From assembly GCA_001820875.1 (NCBI GenBank), contig MHRF01000007.1, positions 140,479-204,478 on the forward strand: 64,000 bases of DNA. The letters are read 5' to 3'. Each line of letters starts with the position of its first letter. Position 1 is the stretch's first letter. The stretch is from Candidatus Taylorbacteria bacterium RIFCSPHIGHO2_01_FULL_46_22b. Its GTDB lineage: Bacteria; Patescibacteriota; Minisyncoccia; Phycocordibacterales; DSPV01. Shown here one piece after another: positions 10,350 through 20,626 of this stretch. Under the pieces are notes generated by a model, which saw only the letters and a list, made by a program, of their open reading frames with translations, made no database searches and was not told the origin of the DNA. The position numbers were made by a program, and so were the translations under genes.

Positions 10350-10964
10350 ATGAAAAAGAAGGACATCGTTTTATTATCGGTGGGAATACTTGTGGCTGTA
10401 GGCGCTTTGTTGTTTGTTATTAAGGGTGATGAGGATGCATGGCTGTGTATTGATGGAAATTGGGTGGCCCACGGCACACCACGGACAGAACGCCCTGTAA
10501 GCGCGTGTGGGCAAGTTGCCGGAGGGAGTTTTGAAGATTGTGTGAGCGCCGGTAATCCGATTATGGAGAGTTATCCGCGCCAGTGTCGTGATACAGAAGG
10601 ACATCTTTTTGTCGAATCACTGGGGAATATTATCGAAAAGCAAAATCTCGTCCAATTAACTTCTCCAGAGCCCAATGCATTCATCCAGAGCCCAATTACC
10701 ATAACCGGACAGGCACGGGGCGTATGGTTTTTTGAAGCAAGTTTCCCTGTGTTTTTGGTAGATTGGGATGGGAAAATTATTGCACAGGGGATTGCGCAGG
10801 CAAAAAGCGATTGGATGACTGAAGAGTTTGTTCCGTTTGAGGCGGTGCTTACATTTGAGAAACCGAGTTATGGAGAACGTGGCGCGCTCATCTTGCGCAA
10901 GGATAACCCCTCGGGTTTGCCCGAACATGATGATGCGCTTGAAGTTCCAATTAGGTTTAAGTAG
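10350..10964 (+). CDS. Gmad2 immunoglobulin-like domain protein
   Basis: SFEDCVSAGNPIMESYPRQC, SPITITGQARGVWFFEASFP, KDNPSGLPE. Confidence 0.85.
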   Translation: MKKKDIVLLSVGILVAVGALLFVIKGDEDAWLCIDGNWVAHGTPRTERPVSACGQVAGGSFEDCVSAGNPIMESYPRQCRDTEGHLFVESLGNIIEKQNLVQLTSPEPNAFIQSPITITGQARGVWFFEASFPVFLVDWDGKIIAQGIAQAKSDWMTEEFVPFEAVLTFEKPSYGERGALILRKDNPSGLPEHDDALEVPIRFK

Positions 10965-10972
10965 AAACTTTT

Positions 10973-12457
10973 GTGTCGGATTCGCACCCATTTTCGTTTT
11001 CTGATCCTGCGGTGCTCAAAGTGCTTCGCGGCGCTTCGGGCACAAGTATTAATTATATTGGAAGCGCACTCTCGCATTTTCAGGCGGAGCCCGTAATGTA
11101 TGGAACGGATCAGCATATGCTTCCTCCTGTTTCTGACTGGGAGTTTGAGCTTCGGCGAAGTTTATCAGGCAGGCCATCGCATATCAAAGCACCAAAACAA
11201 TTGGAAGAATTCCCGCGTTTTCTACAGAAGAAAGACTTGTATCTTTCTCGTTCGCATGCGCTCGGTGAGACCATGTTTCGGTTTTCTTTTGATTTTCCTC
11301 GTCTCTCGCCACGCGCGGGCGAGTTCAACCGGACTCTTATGCGCAAATATGTTCAGTTGTTGGCGCGTGTCCGAGCAAACGGCCAAGAACCCATGGTGAC
11401 GCTGTACCATTTTACACTTCCGCTTTCACTCACACGCCGTAACTCGCAGGATGGTATTAGTCATGGCGCGTGGGAGGACGATCGGATACTGGAGCATTTT
11501 CGATTTTATATCGGCGAAGTGGTTAAGGCCTTGCGTGATACGGATTTTTTACGCAGCGCAATGGATGAAGAGCAAATAGGTCTTGATATGCAGGAGCGTT
11601 TTTTGTCGGAAGGATTAGTGCGGTATTTTATGACGCTCAACGAACCTATGAATGTGTTTGTGAATGGTTATTTGACTGGCTTATTTCCACCATTTCGGCG
11701 TCTTAATTTCTTCCGCCGGCGGAAAATTATAGATCGGATGGTGTATGCACATGATATGGCGTTTGCTGAACTCAAAAATTTGAGTATGTCTTTGCCGATT
11801 GCGCGTCAAGTGCAGGTGGGCATTGGTCACAGTTGGCAATATTTTGATGGAACATTTGGAGGCATTCTCCATAGGTTCGGCAATGAATATAGTTTCAAGC
11901 GGTTTGAACGTAACGGATTGTACTCTGATTTCTTGGGCTTGCACTACTATTTTCGCTTTACCGCATCAGTTTTCAACTGGGATTTCAAATCGAGAGATTT
12001 CAGCAATCGGCCTGATTTCGGTGACGTCTACCCTCCGGGGATTCTTTCTGTTCTTGAGCGAATGCACACTGTACACCCATCAAAAAACATTATAGTTTCT
12101 GAATTTGGTTTTGCAGGACGAACAGATCGCCGCCGGCCGTACTGGCTTTTAGAAACATTGCGATATGTGATTGAAGCGAAGCACCGCGGTGTGCCCGTGA
12201 CAGGTCTTTTGTTGTGGTCACTCGTGTCCAATTTTGAATGGGATGTGGGCATGGGACTCGCGAAATTTGGTTTGTTTAGTGAAAAGGAATTGAGTGCACC
12301 ACTTACGCCTCCAGAGACAGGGGTACGTAGTTGGGAAGTGTGGTGTGCAGTCACACAAGCTCTGACACACCCAACACCCGAATCGCTTGCGGTGCTCGAG
12401 ACTTACTATAAGAAAGCCAAACAGCAATATAATGAGGCGAAATCACACAAAAGCTAG
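10973..12457 (+). CDS. glycoside hydrolase family 1 (divergent beta-glucosidase-like)
   Basis: FRFS, VTLYHFTLP, TLNEP (acid/base), FLGLHYY, VSEFG (nucleophile), WSLVSNFEW. Confidence 0.85.
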   Translation: MSDSHPFSFSDPAVLKVLRGASGTSINYIGSALSHFQAEPVMYGTDQHMLPPVSDWEFELRRSLSGRPSHIKAPKQLEEFPRFLQKKDLYLSRSHALGETMFRFSFDFPRLSPRAGEFNRTLMRKYVQLLARVRANGQEPMVTLYHFTLPLSLTRRNSQDGISHGAWEDDRILEHFRFYIGEVVKALRDTDFLRSAMDEEQIGLDMQERFLSEGLVRYFMTLNEPMNVFVNGYLTGLFPPFRRLNFFRRRKIIDRMVYAHDMAFAELKNLSMSLPIARQVQVGIGHSWQYFDGTFGGILHRFGNEYSFKRFERNGLYSDFLGLHYYFRFTASVFNWDFKSRDFSNRPDFGDVYPPGILSVLERMHTVHPSKNIIVSEFGFAGRTDRRRPYWLLETLRYVIEAKHRGVPVTGLLLWSLVSNFEWDVGMGLAKFGLFSEKELSAPLTPPETGVRSWEVWCAVTQALTHPTPESLAVLETYYKKAKQQYNEAKSHKS

Positions 12458-12469
12458 AGCAGGTCTAAA

Positions 12470-12498
12470 TTGACACCTACAAGATTTTCCTGTACTAT
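12470..12498 (+). promoter_or_regulatory. sigma70-type promoter for typA
   Basis: TTGACA-17 nt-TACTAT. Confidence 0.7.
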
Positions 12499-12674
12499 AA
12501 GTCTCTACCGCCTCGTTTCGGGGCAGTTTTTGTTTAGGAAAATAACGTAGCGAAGCGAAGTATATTTTCCTTAATCCCGTGTAATAGACGATAACAGGGT
12601 GAGGGGAGATTATAGGGGTTTGATGTCAACATAAATTAGCGCAGAATTACGAAAATTAAACGGGGTTTTTAAAA

Positions 12675-14462
12675 ATGGAAATTCGAAATATAGCTATTAT
12701 TGCCCACGTCGACCACGGAAAAACGACGATTACGGACGCGTTGCTTCGCCAGACTGGTGTTGCGGCAGAAGGGGTTTCAATGGATTCAAACGCGCTCGAA
12801 CTTGAGCGTGGCATTACTATTTATTCAAAAAATGCGAGCATCCCCTACAAGGGGACAAAGATAAACATTGTGGACACTCCGGGGCACGCCGATTTCGGTT
12901 CTGAAGTCGAACGCGTTATCCGTTCCATTGACTGTGTGCTTTTGGTAGTGGATGCACAGGAAGGACCGATGCCGCAGACACGTTTTGTATTGAAGAAATC
13001 ACTTGAACTTGGTTTGCGACCGATTGTAGTTATTAACAAACTCGACAAACCAGCGGCAGATCCGAAACGCTGTGAAGAGCAAGTACTCGAGTTGTTTCTC
13101 GAGTTGGGTGCTTCAAATGAACAAGCTGAATTCCCAGTGGTATACGCGATTGGGCGCGAAGGAGTGGCAAAACGGCATTTGACGGATGAATCAAAAGATC
13201 TCACTCCACTTTTGGATATGATACTTGAGAAAGTGCCGGTTGCGTCGAAAGCGGATTCGTCTGCCGTGCTTCGCTTACAGCCGTTCAATCTCGCTTACGA
13301 TAATTTCCTTGGTAGGCTTGCGGTGGGACGCGTGTATGAAGGCACTGTGCGTGCAGGTATGAACGTGTGGGTAAAAAAGCCGAACGGCGAAACGCGTACG
13401 GGGAAAATTACCAAAGTATTTACGTTTGAGGGCTTGCGCCGCATTGATGCACCGGAAGCGACTGCAGGAGATATTGTGCTGATTGCCGGCCTTCCTGATA
13501 TTGATATTGGAGAGACAGTGACGAGTGGTGCCGAGGCACCAGCACTTCCGGCAATCGCCGTAGATGAACCGACCATCACCCTGAACTTTTTAGTGAACAA
13601 CTCGCCTTTTGCAGGACGTGAGGGAAAGTTTGTAACCTCGCGTCAGTTGCGTGAGCGGCTTGAACGCGAACTTGAAATAAATGTGGGATTGCGCATTGAA
13701 TTTGGAACAGGCGATGTATTCAAAGTGTCCGGCCGCGGAGAGCTTCACATCTCTATATTACTTGAGAATATGCGGCGCGAAGGGTATGAAATGCAGGTGT
13801 CCCAGCCGCACGTGATTATTCGTGAGGAAAATGGCGTAAAAATGGAGCCATTTGAAGAAGTGGTGATTGATACCCCGCAGGAATATCAGGGAGTAATCAT
13901 TGAGCGCCTCGGTAGCCGAGGGTTTGTTATGACTAATTTGATTTCTCATGCGGATACTATGCGTATTTTCTTTGAAGGTCCCACGCGAGGGCTTTTGGGG
14001 TATCGCAATAAGTTTATTATTGATACCAAGGGCGAGGGAATTTTGTCCGCGCGGGTAATCGGATTCCGTACACATATCGGTGAAATCAAAAAGCGCCCAG
14101 AAGGATCAATGATTTCGATGGCGACTGGGAAAGCACTAGGATTTTCTCTGTGGAATTTGCAGGAGCGTGGAGTGCTCTACATTATTCCTGCAACTGAAGT
14201 GTATGAGGGAATGGTAATAGGTAATACCACCAAAGGTGAGGAACTCAATGTAAATCCGACCAAGGGTAAGACGCTCTCAAACGTTCGTGCATCAGGCACA
14301 GATGAGGCGATTATGCTTGTACCTCCTTATATCTTGTCGATTGAGCGCGGACTTGAAACGATGATGGAGGATGAATATTTGGAAATCACACCGAAAAGCG
14401 TTCGTCTGCGCAAACAACAACTAACCGAGACCGACCGCGCCCGTTCCCGCCGCACCCTTTAA
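12675..14462 (+). CDS. typA: translational GTPase TypA/BipA
   Basis: RNIAIIAHVDHGKTT, DTPGHADF, NKLD, GRGELH, LEITPKSVRLRK. Confidence 0.97.
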   Translation: MEIRNIAIIAHVDHGKTTITDALLRQTGVAAEGVSMDSNALELERGITIYSKNASIPYKGTKINIVDTPGHADFGSEVERVIRSIDCVLLVVDAQEGPMPQTRFVLKKSLELGLRPIVVINKLDKPAADPKRCEEQVLELFLELGASNEQAEFPVVYAIGREGVAKRHLTDESKDLTPLLDMILEKVPVASKADSSAVLRLQPFNLAYDNFLGRLAVGRVYEGTVRAGMNVWVKKPNGETRTGKITKVFTFEGLRRIDAPEATAGDIVLIAGLPDIDIGETVTSGAEAPALPAIAVDEPTITLNFLVNNSPFAGREGKFVTSRQLRERLERELEINVGLRIEFGTGDVFKVSGRGELHISILLENMRREGYEMQVSQPHVIIREENGVKMEPFEEVVIDTPQEYQGVIIERLGSRGFVMTNLISHADTMRIFFEGPTRGLLGYRNKFIIDTKGEGILSARVIGFRTHIGEIKKRPEGSMISMATGKALGFSLWNLQERGVLYIIPATEVYEGMVIGNTTKGEELNVNPTKGKTLSNVRASGTDEAIMLVPPYILSIERGLETMMEDEYLEITPKSVRLRKQQLTETDRARSRRTL

Positions 14463-14543
14463 GCACACAGTCTCCGCTTGCCACTTCTGAATATGGTACA
14501 ATTTAGCCCTTACGAGGGATTACATTATGTAACTATTACAACC

Positions 14544-15017
14544 ATGACTTCACACACCAAACGATCGGGATTTACCTTAATTGAACTCTTAGTGGTTATT
14601 GCTATTATCGGGATATTGGCTTCGGTGGTGCTTGCATCTCTCAATACTGCGCGAGGAAAGAGCGCTGATGCAGCGGTCAAAGCTGATCTCGATGCAATTC
14701 GCAAACAAGCAGCAATTTTTTCTGATGATCATAACGGTTACTTTACTGATGACACCACTGATTGTGCAAGTGGAATGTTTGGTTCAGATGCTACGATCTC
14801 ATCTGCGGTGACTCATGCCGCCACGGTTTCTGGGGGAACAGTGGTGTGTATTGCTGATGACGGAGATGTTGCAGACGGCACGCAAGCAACGAGCTGGGCG
14901 GTGTCAGTTCCCTTGAAGACCAATCCTGCGCAATCGTGGTGCGTGAATTCTGAAAGTGTTGCAATGATTGGAGTTGCGGATAACACCACTGTTGCCAACG
15001 TCGCCAGTTGCTACTAA
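14544..15017 (+). CDS. type IV pilin
   Basis: [27 protein letters not shown]; C-terminal Cys residues; start moved to ATG at 14544. Confidence 0.92.
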   Translation: MTSHTKRSGFTLIELLVVIAIIGILASVVLASLNTARGKSADAAVKADLDAIRKQAAIFSDDHNGYFTDDTTDCASGMFGSDATISSAVTHAATVSGGTVVCIADDGDVADGTQATSWAVSVPLKTNPAQSWCVNSESVAMIGVADNTTVANVASCY

Positions 15018-15035
15018 CTATTATCTTGGGTTTTT

Positions 15036-15062
15036 GCCCCGCGCCGCTTTGCGGCGCGGGGC
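15036..15062. terminator. GC-rich hairpin after pilin gene
   Basis: GCCCCGCGCCGC-TTT-GCGGCGCGGGGC. Confidence 0.65.
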
Positions 15063-15178
15063 TTGCCTTTATATGGGGTGTCGGTAGTATGAAGCCAGTT
15101 TAGAAACAGCGCTGATACGCGCCGCTCATACGGCGTCCCGTATGTCAGTTGAACATCGAAAGAAGAAAGGGTTTGGCT

Positions 15179-16655
15179 ATGCCAATTATCCCCGAAGCTG
15201 TAAACAGTGTTGGATTGCCTGGACTCGAGAGAGTCTCCCAAGGCAAAGTCCGAGAAATGCACAGGCTCAAGAAGAAAGGGCACCGTTTAACGGTGACGTC
15301 ACCTCGCGTGAGCGGGTTTGACTTCGTCTTGAACGCTCGCGTCCCAAAGAAAGGCGAGGTGTTGTGCGCGATGAATCACTTCTGGGTTGAGCAGTTTCGA
15401 AATTTCTGTCCGCAAGACGTGCTAGCGGTGGGAAGTGGGGTTGATGCGTATCTTCCTACGGCGCTTCGTGGCAACCCCGACCTATGGAAAATTGCGTCGG
15501 TCATTCGGGTTTGTGAACGGGTCAATTTGGAGTCCGTGGTTCGCGGGTATCTCACCGGCGGCGGGTGGAAGACCTACCTGAAGACCGCTCCGCGTCATCG
15601 TCTCTGCGGCCACCGTCTCGAAGCAGGTCTTTCAGACGGCGTTCAGTTTGAGACGCCTCTATGGACGCCGACCACAAAGTCAGAAATTGGGCACGACCTC
15701 GACATTCCTGTTCAGCGCGCCCGCCGATCTCCCTTTGGGAACAAGGTTGAGCACTTGTCGCTTGCACTCTACAACCACGCACAACTCATTGCGAAAGGGC
15801 GCGGTATTATCATCGCCGACACAAAGTTCGAGTTCGGGATCTGGAATGGGAAGCTTGTCCTCATTGACGAGCGATTCACTCCTGACTCGAGTCGGTTCTG
15901 GCCGGCTGATGAATGGAATCGCTTGCGGGGAAGCGGAAAGAGTCCGTCTTCGAAAGACAAACAATGGGTTCGAAAGTTCCTTATCCGCTACAACGTGGAT
16001 TGTCTGGATCCGGAAAATCCCGATCACGTGAAGCGAGTGCATGCACTCGAGATTCCCGAAGATGTCATCCAGCAGACGACGCGCATCTACCGCGAGATCT
16101 TCTGGTGGCTCACTCGTGTGAGGCTTGAGCAGTACCAACAGGTGAACTTCGGAGTCAAGTTGTCGGACAGTGTGCCACCTCCTGTGGAAGTACTCCTTGG
16201 AAGTGAGTCAGATCTGCCACAGGTTGAGAGTGGATTCGCAGAATTGCGGAAATGCCACGTTCCGTTTCGGGTGCACATTGTCAGTTGCCATCGCAACCCT
16301 GAAGTACTTCGGCGGTATGCTGAAGACCTATCACCAAACACAGGACTGGTAATTGCCGCTGCAGGCAAGGCCGCGGCACTTCCTGGGATGCTTAACAGTT
16401 GGCTTCGGCATTTCGGTAAATGGTACATTCCAGTTGTCGGGGTGGCCTTGCAAGGCAATACCCAGAACGCAAATAACGCTGCCCTCCTCTCCATATCGGA
16501 GTTACCGGGTAACCCCTGTCTTGGTTCCCGAGGATGGTGTGTACTTCGGCCCCGAGGGCTTCTGGCAGGCCTGCTACGATACTGCTCGCAAGGAGTTCAT
16601 TTCGCATTCGGGATCACCAAAGCCGGCGCAGATGAACCTCATTGTCAACGAGTGA
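15179..16655 (+). CDS. purC: PurC (SAICAR synthetase)-PurE fusion, with an apparent 1-nt frameshift at 16513-16516
   Basis: GKVRE, VVRGYLTGGGW, TPTTK, IIIADTKFEFG, TPDSSRFW, DKQWVR (PurC), then LGSESD, VSCHRNP, IAAAGKAAALPG, PVVGV (PurE); the natural C-terminus appears to be in the frame ending at 16655, directly before a terminator. Confidence 0.85.
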
Positions 16656-16659
16656 ATTC

Positions 16660-16702
16660 AGGGCCGACAGCGCGCATGCGCGCTGTCGGCCCTCTTCTTT
16701 TT
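16660..16702 (+). terminator. intrinsic terminator after purC-purE
   Basis: AGGGCCGACAGCGCGC-AT-GCGCGCTGTCGGCCCT followed by CTTCTTTTT. Confidence 0.85.
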
Positions 16703-16746
16703 CCCGCATTGCACACGTTCCTTATTTTGTTACACTGTCCTCATCT

Positions 16747-17313
16747 ATGGCGGACAAAGGCAAATTTGTGGTTATCACTGGACCGTCTGCATCAGGCAAA
16801 TCAACATTGGCTGAAGCTCTACTTTCCCGCCTCTCTGACGCGGTACGATTGGTAACGCTCACGACTCGCACTCCTCGTGTGGGAGAGCAAAATGGCGAAC
16901 ATTACACTTTTGTAACAGTTCAGGAATTCAATCAGAAAATTGATTCGGGCGAATTGTTCGAGCACGCCGAAGTATACGGCAATTTATACGGTTCCTCTCG
17001 TCTGACACTTGAACAACTCTTGTCGTCTCATAAATTTGTGCTTGCGGTGGTTGATGTGCAAGGAGCAGTGACTATGAAAGAAAAAATTCCTTCGGCATTT
17101 GTGCTATTTGTAAAACCCAGCTCGCTTTCCGATATTGAGCGCCGGTTGCGCACCGAGCGTCCGGACAGCAGCCTCGAAGACATTACTCGTCGTTTAGAGA
17201 CCGCACAAAAAGAAATGGCGATCGCAAAACAGTTTGATGCAACACTTGATAATATCGAAGGACAATTTGATGCAATGGTTGAACGCGCGCTCTCATTACT
17301 CGAAAAGAACTAG
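16747..17313 (+). CDS. gmk: guanylate kinase
   Basis: ITGPSASGKST, TTRTPRVGEQNGEHYTF, EHAEVYGNLYG; start moved to ATG at 16747. Confidence 0.95.
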   Translation: MADKGKFVVITGPSASGKSTLAEALLSRLSDAVRLVTLTTRTPRVGEQNGEHYTFVTVQEFNQKIDSGELFEHAEVYGNLYGSSRLTLEQLLSSHKFVLAVVDVQGAVTMKEKIPSAFVLFVKPSSLSDIERRLRTERPDSSLEDITRRLETAQKEMAIAKQFDATLDNIEGQFDAMVERALSLLEKN

Positions 17314-17315
17314 AT

Positions 17316-17750
17316 ATGAAGCCGCTTTCTCCTAAAAAACGAGAAGCGATACACTTAGTGCCTTTTCGGAAAGATAGCGAATCTGTATATTTCTTTCTCC
17401 AGAAGCGTGATGCCCATGCGAAATTGCTTCCCAATTGGTTTGGTTTTTTCGGTGGCGGACTTGAATTGCCAGAGGCTCCTGAAGAGGGGATACTCCGAGA
17501 AATAGAGGAAGAACTTGCATTTATTCCCGATAGACATGAGTTTTTCTGCTACTATGAATTTTGGGATCGCATTTCCCACGTATTTATACTTGAAGTTGAT
17601 GTGGGTTTTGAATCTAAAATTGAGGTGCGCGAAGGTCAATATGGCAAATTCTTTTCTGAAAAAGAAATGCAGAATGAACCATTGCTTCGTGATGAAGCGA
17701 AACTTATTTTGAAGCACCTAGCAGAGCACGTTAAGCAAAAAGGTATATGA
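17316..17750 (+). CDS. NUDIX hydrolase
   Basis: FGGGLELPEAPEEGILREIEEEL. Confidence 0.9.
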   Translation: MKPLSPKKREAIHLVPFRKDSESVYFFLQKRDAHAKLLPNWFGFFGGGLELPEAPEEGILREIEEELAFIPDRHEFFCYYEFWDRISHVFILEVDVGFESKIEVREGQYGKFFSEKEMQNEPLLRDEAKLILKHLAEHVKQKGI

Positions 17751-18154
17751 CATTGCAAGTTGGAGTGAAAATATTTTTGAGAAACCCCGAAGGGAAGTTT
17801 TTACTTCTCAAGCGCTCCGTTGCATATGGCAAGACGAAAGGAAGTTGGGATATTGTTGGTGGACGCATTGAAGCAGGAACGGGACTTATCGAAAACCTTC
17901 GCCGTGAAGTCTTGGAAGAAACAAAGCTGACGATTACTTCTGAACCAAAATTACTCTACGCACAGGATATTTTCGTGCCCTCAAAAGATTTACACGTTGT
18001 TCGACTTTCGTTTGTGGGAGACACCACTGGTGAACCAGTACTTGATACAAAAGAAAACACCGATTACAAATGGTTGTCACTTGAGGAACTTTCCAAACAA
18101 GAAGATTTAGATGTGTATGTCAAAGAGATTTTGGACAAGAATCTCCTCGTTTGA
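17747..18154 (+). CDS. NUDIX hydrolase
   Basis: VGGRIEAGTGLIENLRREVLEETKL. Confidence 0.9.
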   Translation: MTLQVGVKIFLRNPEGKFLLLKRSVAYGKTKGSWDIVGGRIEAGTGLIENLRREVLEETKLTITSEPKLLYAQDIFVPSKDLHVVRLSFVGDTTGEPVLDTKENTDYKWLSLEELSKQEDLDVYVKEILDKNLLV

Positions 18155-18227
18155 CTTTTGAGTATATCTCGAGCAATATCGCTCTAGGTTCGCGGGATAA
18201 CCTCGCGACGAACAATAAGGACATTGA

Positions 18228-19859
18228 ATGAAGACTGCTCTACTGTCAGCATTCCGTAAAGAGGGATTGCCTGACTTCGCACGGCGGCTTGTCGCCCGAG
18301 GCTGGAATCTGCTTGCTTCAGGTGGGACTGCAAAATGTCTCGCTGAGGCCCGCATTCCAGTTACGGATGTGGCTACCATTGTTGGTCCACCCATCTTGGG
18401 GCACCGTGTAGTTACACTTTCGCGGGAAATCCATGCGGCGCTTCTTGCCAAGGATACGCCCGAAGACGCCGCCGAACTCACTCGGATTGGCGTTCCTCGT
18501 ATTGATCTCGTGTACGTTGACCTATATCCGTTGGAAAGAGAAACCCTGCGGGAAGGTTCGACACTTGACTCGGTACTCGAGCAAGAGGATATTGGAGGAC
18601 CGACGATGTTAAGCTCTGCTGCAAAAGGCAAGCGCATCGTCATCTCTGATCCTGCTGATTGCGGGCCTGTACTCCAGATGCTCGAATCCGATTTGCCGTT
18701 TGACACCGAGTACCGTGAACATTTAGCGGCGAAAGCGGATTTCATTGTGAGCCGCTATCGTATGCTCACGGCACGGTTCCGCGGTAATGGAGCTTTTGAG
18801 GCAATTCACGGCATACTGCATCTTCCGGTTGCTTATGGTGAGAATCCCTGGCTGGCTTCCCTCGGGTTATTTTCAACTCAAACGGATTACCCACTCGCAC
18901 TCGATAAATACGTGTTGATGAACGGGGAGGACATACTCCCGAGTTACAACACGTGGGGAGATCTCGATCGTGCACAGTTAACCCTGCTTCACATCATGGC
19001 AGGACTCGAACGAAACGGACTGTTGCAATCAAACAACTTCTGCACCGTAGGGGTCAAGCACGGGAATGCCTGCAGTGTTGGGATTGGCAACGATTCTGGG
19101 ACGTCTCTGAAACGGGCGATGGAAGGTGACATTACCTCTATCTTTGGCGGCTTGGTGATTCACAATGGAGGTATTACCGCTCAAGGTGCAGAGATCTTGC
19201 TGCATCACGTGGAACCGTCGGGCAAGAGAGTGTTGGATGCAGTTGCTTCAACTGTGTTTTCCTCTGATGCAATTGATCTCTTGAGGCGCAAGACGGGGAA
19301 GTGTCGCATTCTCCGAAATCCCGCACTGTCTGCTGCTTCCTTGCGTACATTGGTGCCGTCGCTGACGTCAAAGAGGATCAAGTCGGTTGCCGGTGGATTC
19401 CTGCCACAGGCCGACCGAAACTTCGTCCCGTGTTTTGGTGATGGAGGTGGTATTGCCATTCACGGTTCTGTTAGGCCTCTCCTGCATGCTTCAACACGTA
19501 TCGCTGACCTCGTTCTCGCATGGGCGATTGGTTCTACTTCAACGAGCAACACAATCACGTTGGTGAAAGACGGGCAGTTAATCGCCAACATGGTGGGACA
19601 GCAGTCACGGGTACGTGCGGCGAAGTTCGCGGTGTTGCTTGCCGGTGAGAATGGACACAGTACTCATGGGGCAGTTGCGTACAGTGACAGCTTCTTCCCG
19701 TTTCCTGATGGCCCCAAAGTCTTGATTGACGCAGGGGTGAAGGCAATCTTCACCTCAAGCGGATCGATTCGGGATCAGGAGACCATTGACCTCTGCCTGG
19801 AGAACAATGTCGCGCTCTTCATGGTTCCCGACAAGGTTGGCCGTGGTTTTTACCATTAG
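18228..19859 (+). CDS. purH: bifunctional AICAR transformylase/IMP cyclohydrolase (divergent)
   Basis: KTALLS, ASGGTAK, HRVVTL, DIGGPTM, YGENP, VKHGNAC, GQQSRV, SDSFFPFPDG, GSIRD. Confidence 0.93.
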   Translation: MKTALLSAFRKEGLPDFARRLVARGWNLLASGGTAKCLAEARIPVTDVATIVGPPILGHRVVTLSREIHAALLAKDTPEDAAELTRIGVPRIDLVYVDLYPLERETLREGSTLDSVLEQEDIGGPTMLSSAAKGKRIVISDPADCGPVLQMLESDLPFDTEYREHLAAKADFIVSRYRMLTARFRGNGAFEAIHGILHLPVAYGENPWLASLGLFSTQTDYPLALDKYVLMNGEDILPSYNTWGDLDRAQLTLLHIMAGLERNGLLQSNNFCTVGVKHGNACSVGIGNDSGTSLKRAMEGDITSIFGGLVIHNGGITAQGAEILLHHVEPSGKRVLDAVASTVFSSDAIDLLRRKTGKCRILRNPALSAASLRTLVPSLTSKRIKSVAGGFLPQADRNFVPCFGDGGGIAIHGSVRPLLHASTRIADLVLAWAIGSTSTSNTITLVKDGQLIANMVGQQSRVRAAKFAVLLAGENGHSTHGAVAYSDSFFPFPDGPKVLIDAGVKAIFTSSGSIRDQETIDLCLENNVALFMVPDKVGRGFYH

Positions 19860-19875
19860 CCGTTTCTTTCAGTTC

Positions 19876-19908
19876 AGCCGCCCCGTATCCTCGGGGCGGC
19901 TTTCTCTT
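19876..19908 (+). terminator. intrinsic terminator after purH
   Basis: AGCCGCCCCG...CGGGGCGGCT followed by TTCTCTT. Confidence 0.8.
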
Positions 19909-19988
19909 GCGAAATCTTTTTAATAAGCGCATACTATCGGCATACTTTTGGGAAATGTATACATTATAAGTTTGTAAGCAATTTTTGT

Positions 19989-20552
19989 ATGAATAAAAAT
20001 GTGCTTGGTATTATTGTTGCGATAGTAGTGATTGGCGGTGGCGCGTGGTATTTCAGTGCGTATGCGCCGACTCAAAATGAGTCAGGAGATATGACTGCAA
20101 CCACGACCGATTCGACTGCCACAACGGCATCAACTTCGTCGACATCTTCAAGTGAAGTATCGTTCCGCGGTTCAATGAGCGAATTGATTAAACGAGGAGG
20201 AAGTTACAAGTGCACGGTAACGTTTAACAGTCCTGCAGGTAATTCTGATGGGACTGTGTATGTATCAGGCGATCGGTTGCGCGGAGATTTCAAGACTGTG
20301 GTTGCAGAGGCTGGTTTGACTGTCGAGAATCACATGCTTGGGGTTGGCGGATACCTGTATAACTGGAATTCAATGACGAGTCAGGGGTTCAAGTCAAAGA
20401 TGTCGACTGATAAAGCGATCGATGAGAGCAAGCCAACTAGTGCATCAGAATCACTTGATTATAATCAGGCGCTTGATTACAAGTGTGTGGCATGGGACGG
20501 AGACGCATCTCTCTTTGAGTTTCCGAAGGGGATTGTATTCAGCACGATTTAA
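19989..20552 (+). CDS. secreted/membrane-anchored hypothetical protein
   Basis: N-terminal TM, Ser/Thr linker, GTVYVSG..RGDF and LFEFP motifs. Confidence 0.8.
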   Translation: MNKNVLGIIVAIVVIGGGAWYFSAYAPTQNESGDMTATTTDSTATTASTSSTSSSEVSFRGSMSELIKRGGSYKCTVTFNSPAGNSDGTVYVSGDRLRGDFKTVVAEAGLTVENHMLGVGGYLYNWNSMTSQGFKSKMSTDKAIDESKPTSASESLDYNQALDYKCVAWDGDASLFEFPKGIVFSTI

Positions 20553-20626
20553 CTTTTAGTTTCACTATTGAAAATAGGCTGCGCCGCGCATTTTGCGGGG
20601 CGCGGCCTATCGTGTAATATAGCCAT

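Noticed and set aside
18155-18227. ZTP (pfl) riboswitch upstream of purH
   Set aside because: Leader is about 45 nt with one small hairpin and lacks the conserved ZTP motifs.
18224-18237. Spacers of unit 52262 (gttgaatga / reverse complement gaagactgt) resemble TTGAATGAAGACTG at the purH start
   Set aside because: Needs a 2-nt overlap and both outer bases mismatch; other units do not show this overlap rule, so chance is plausible. Worth rechecking in a systematic search.
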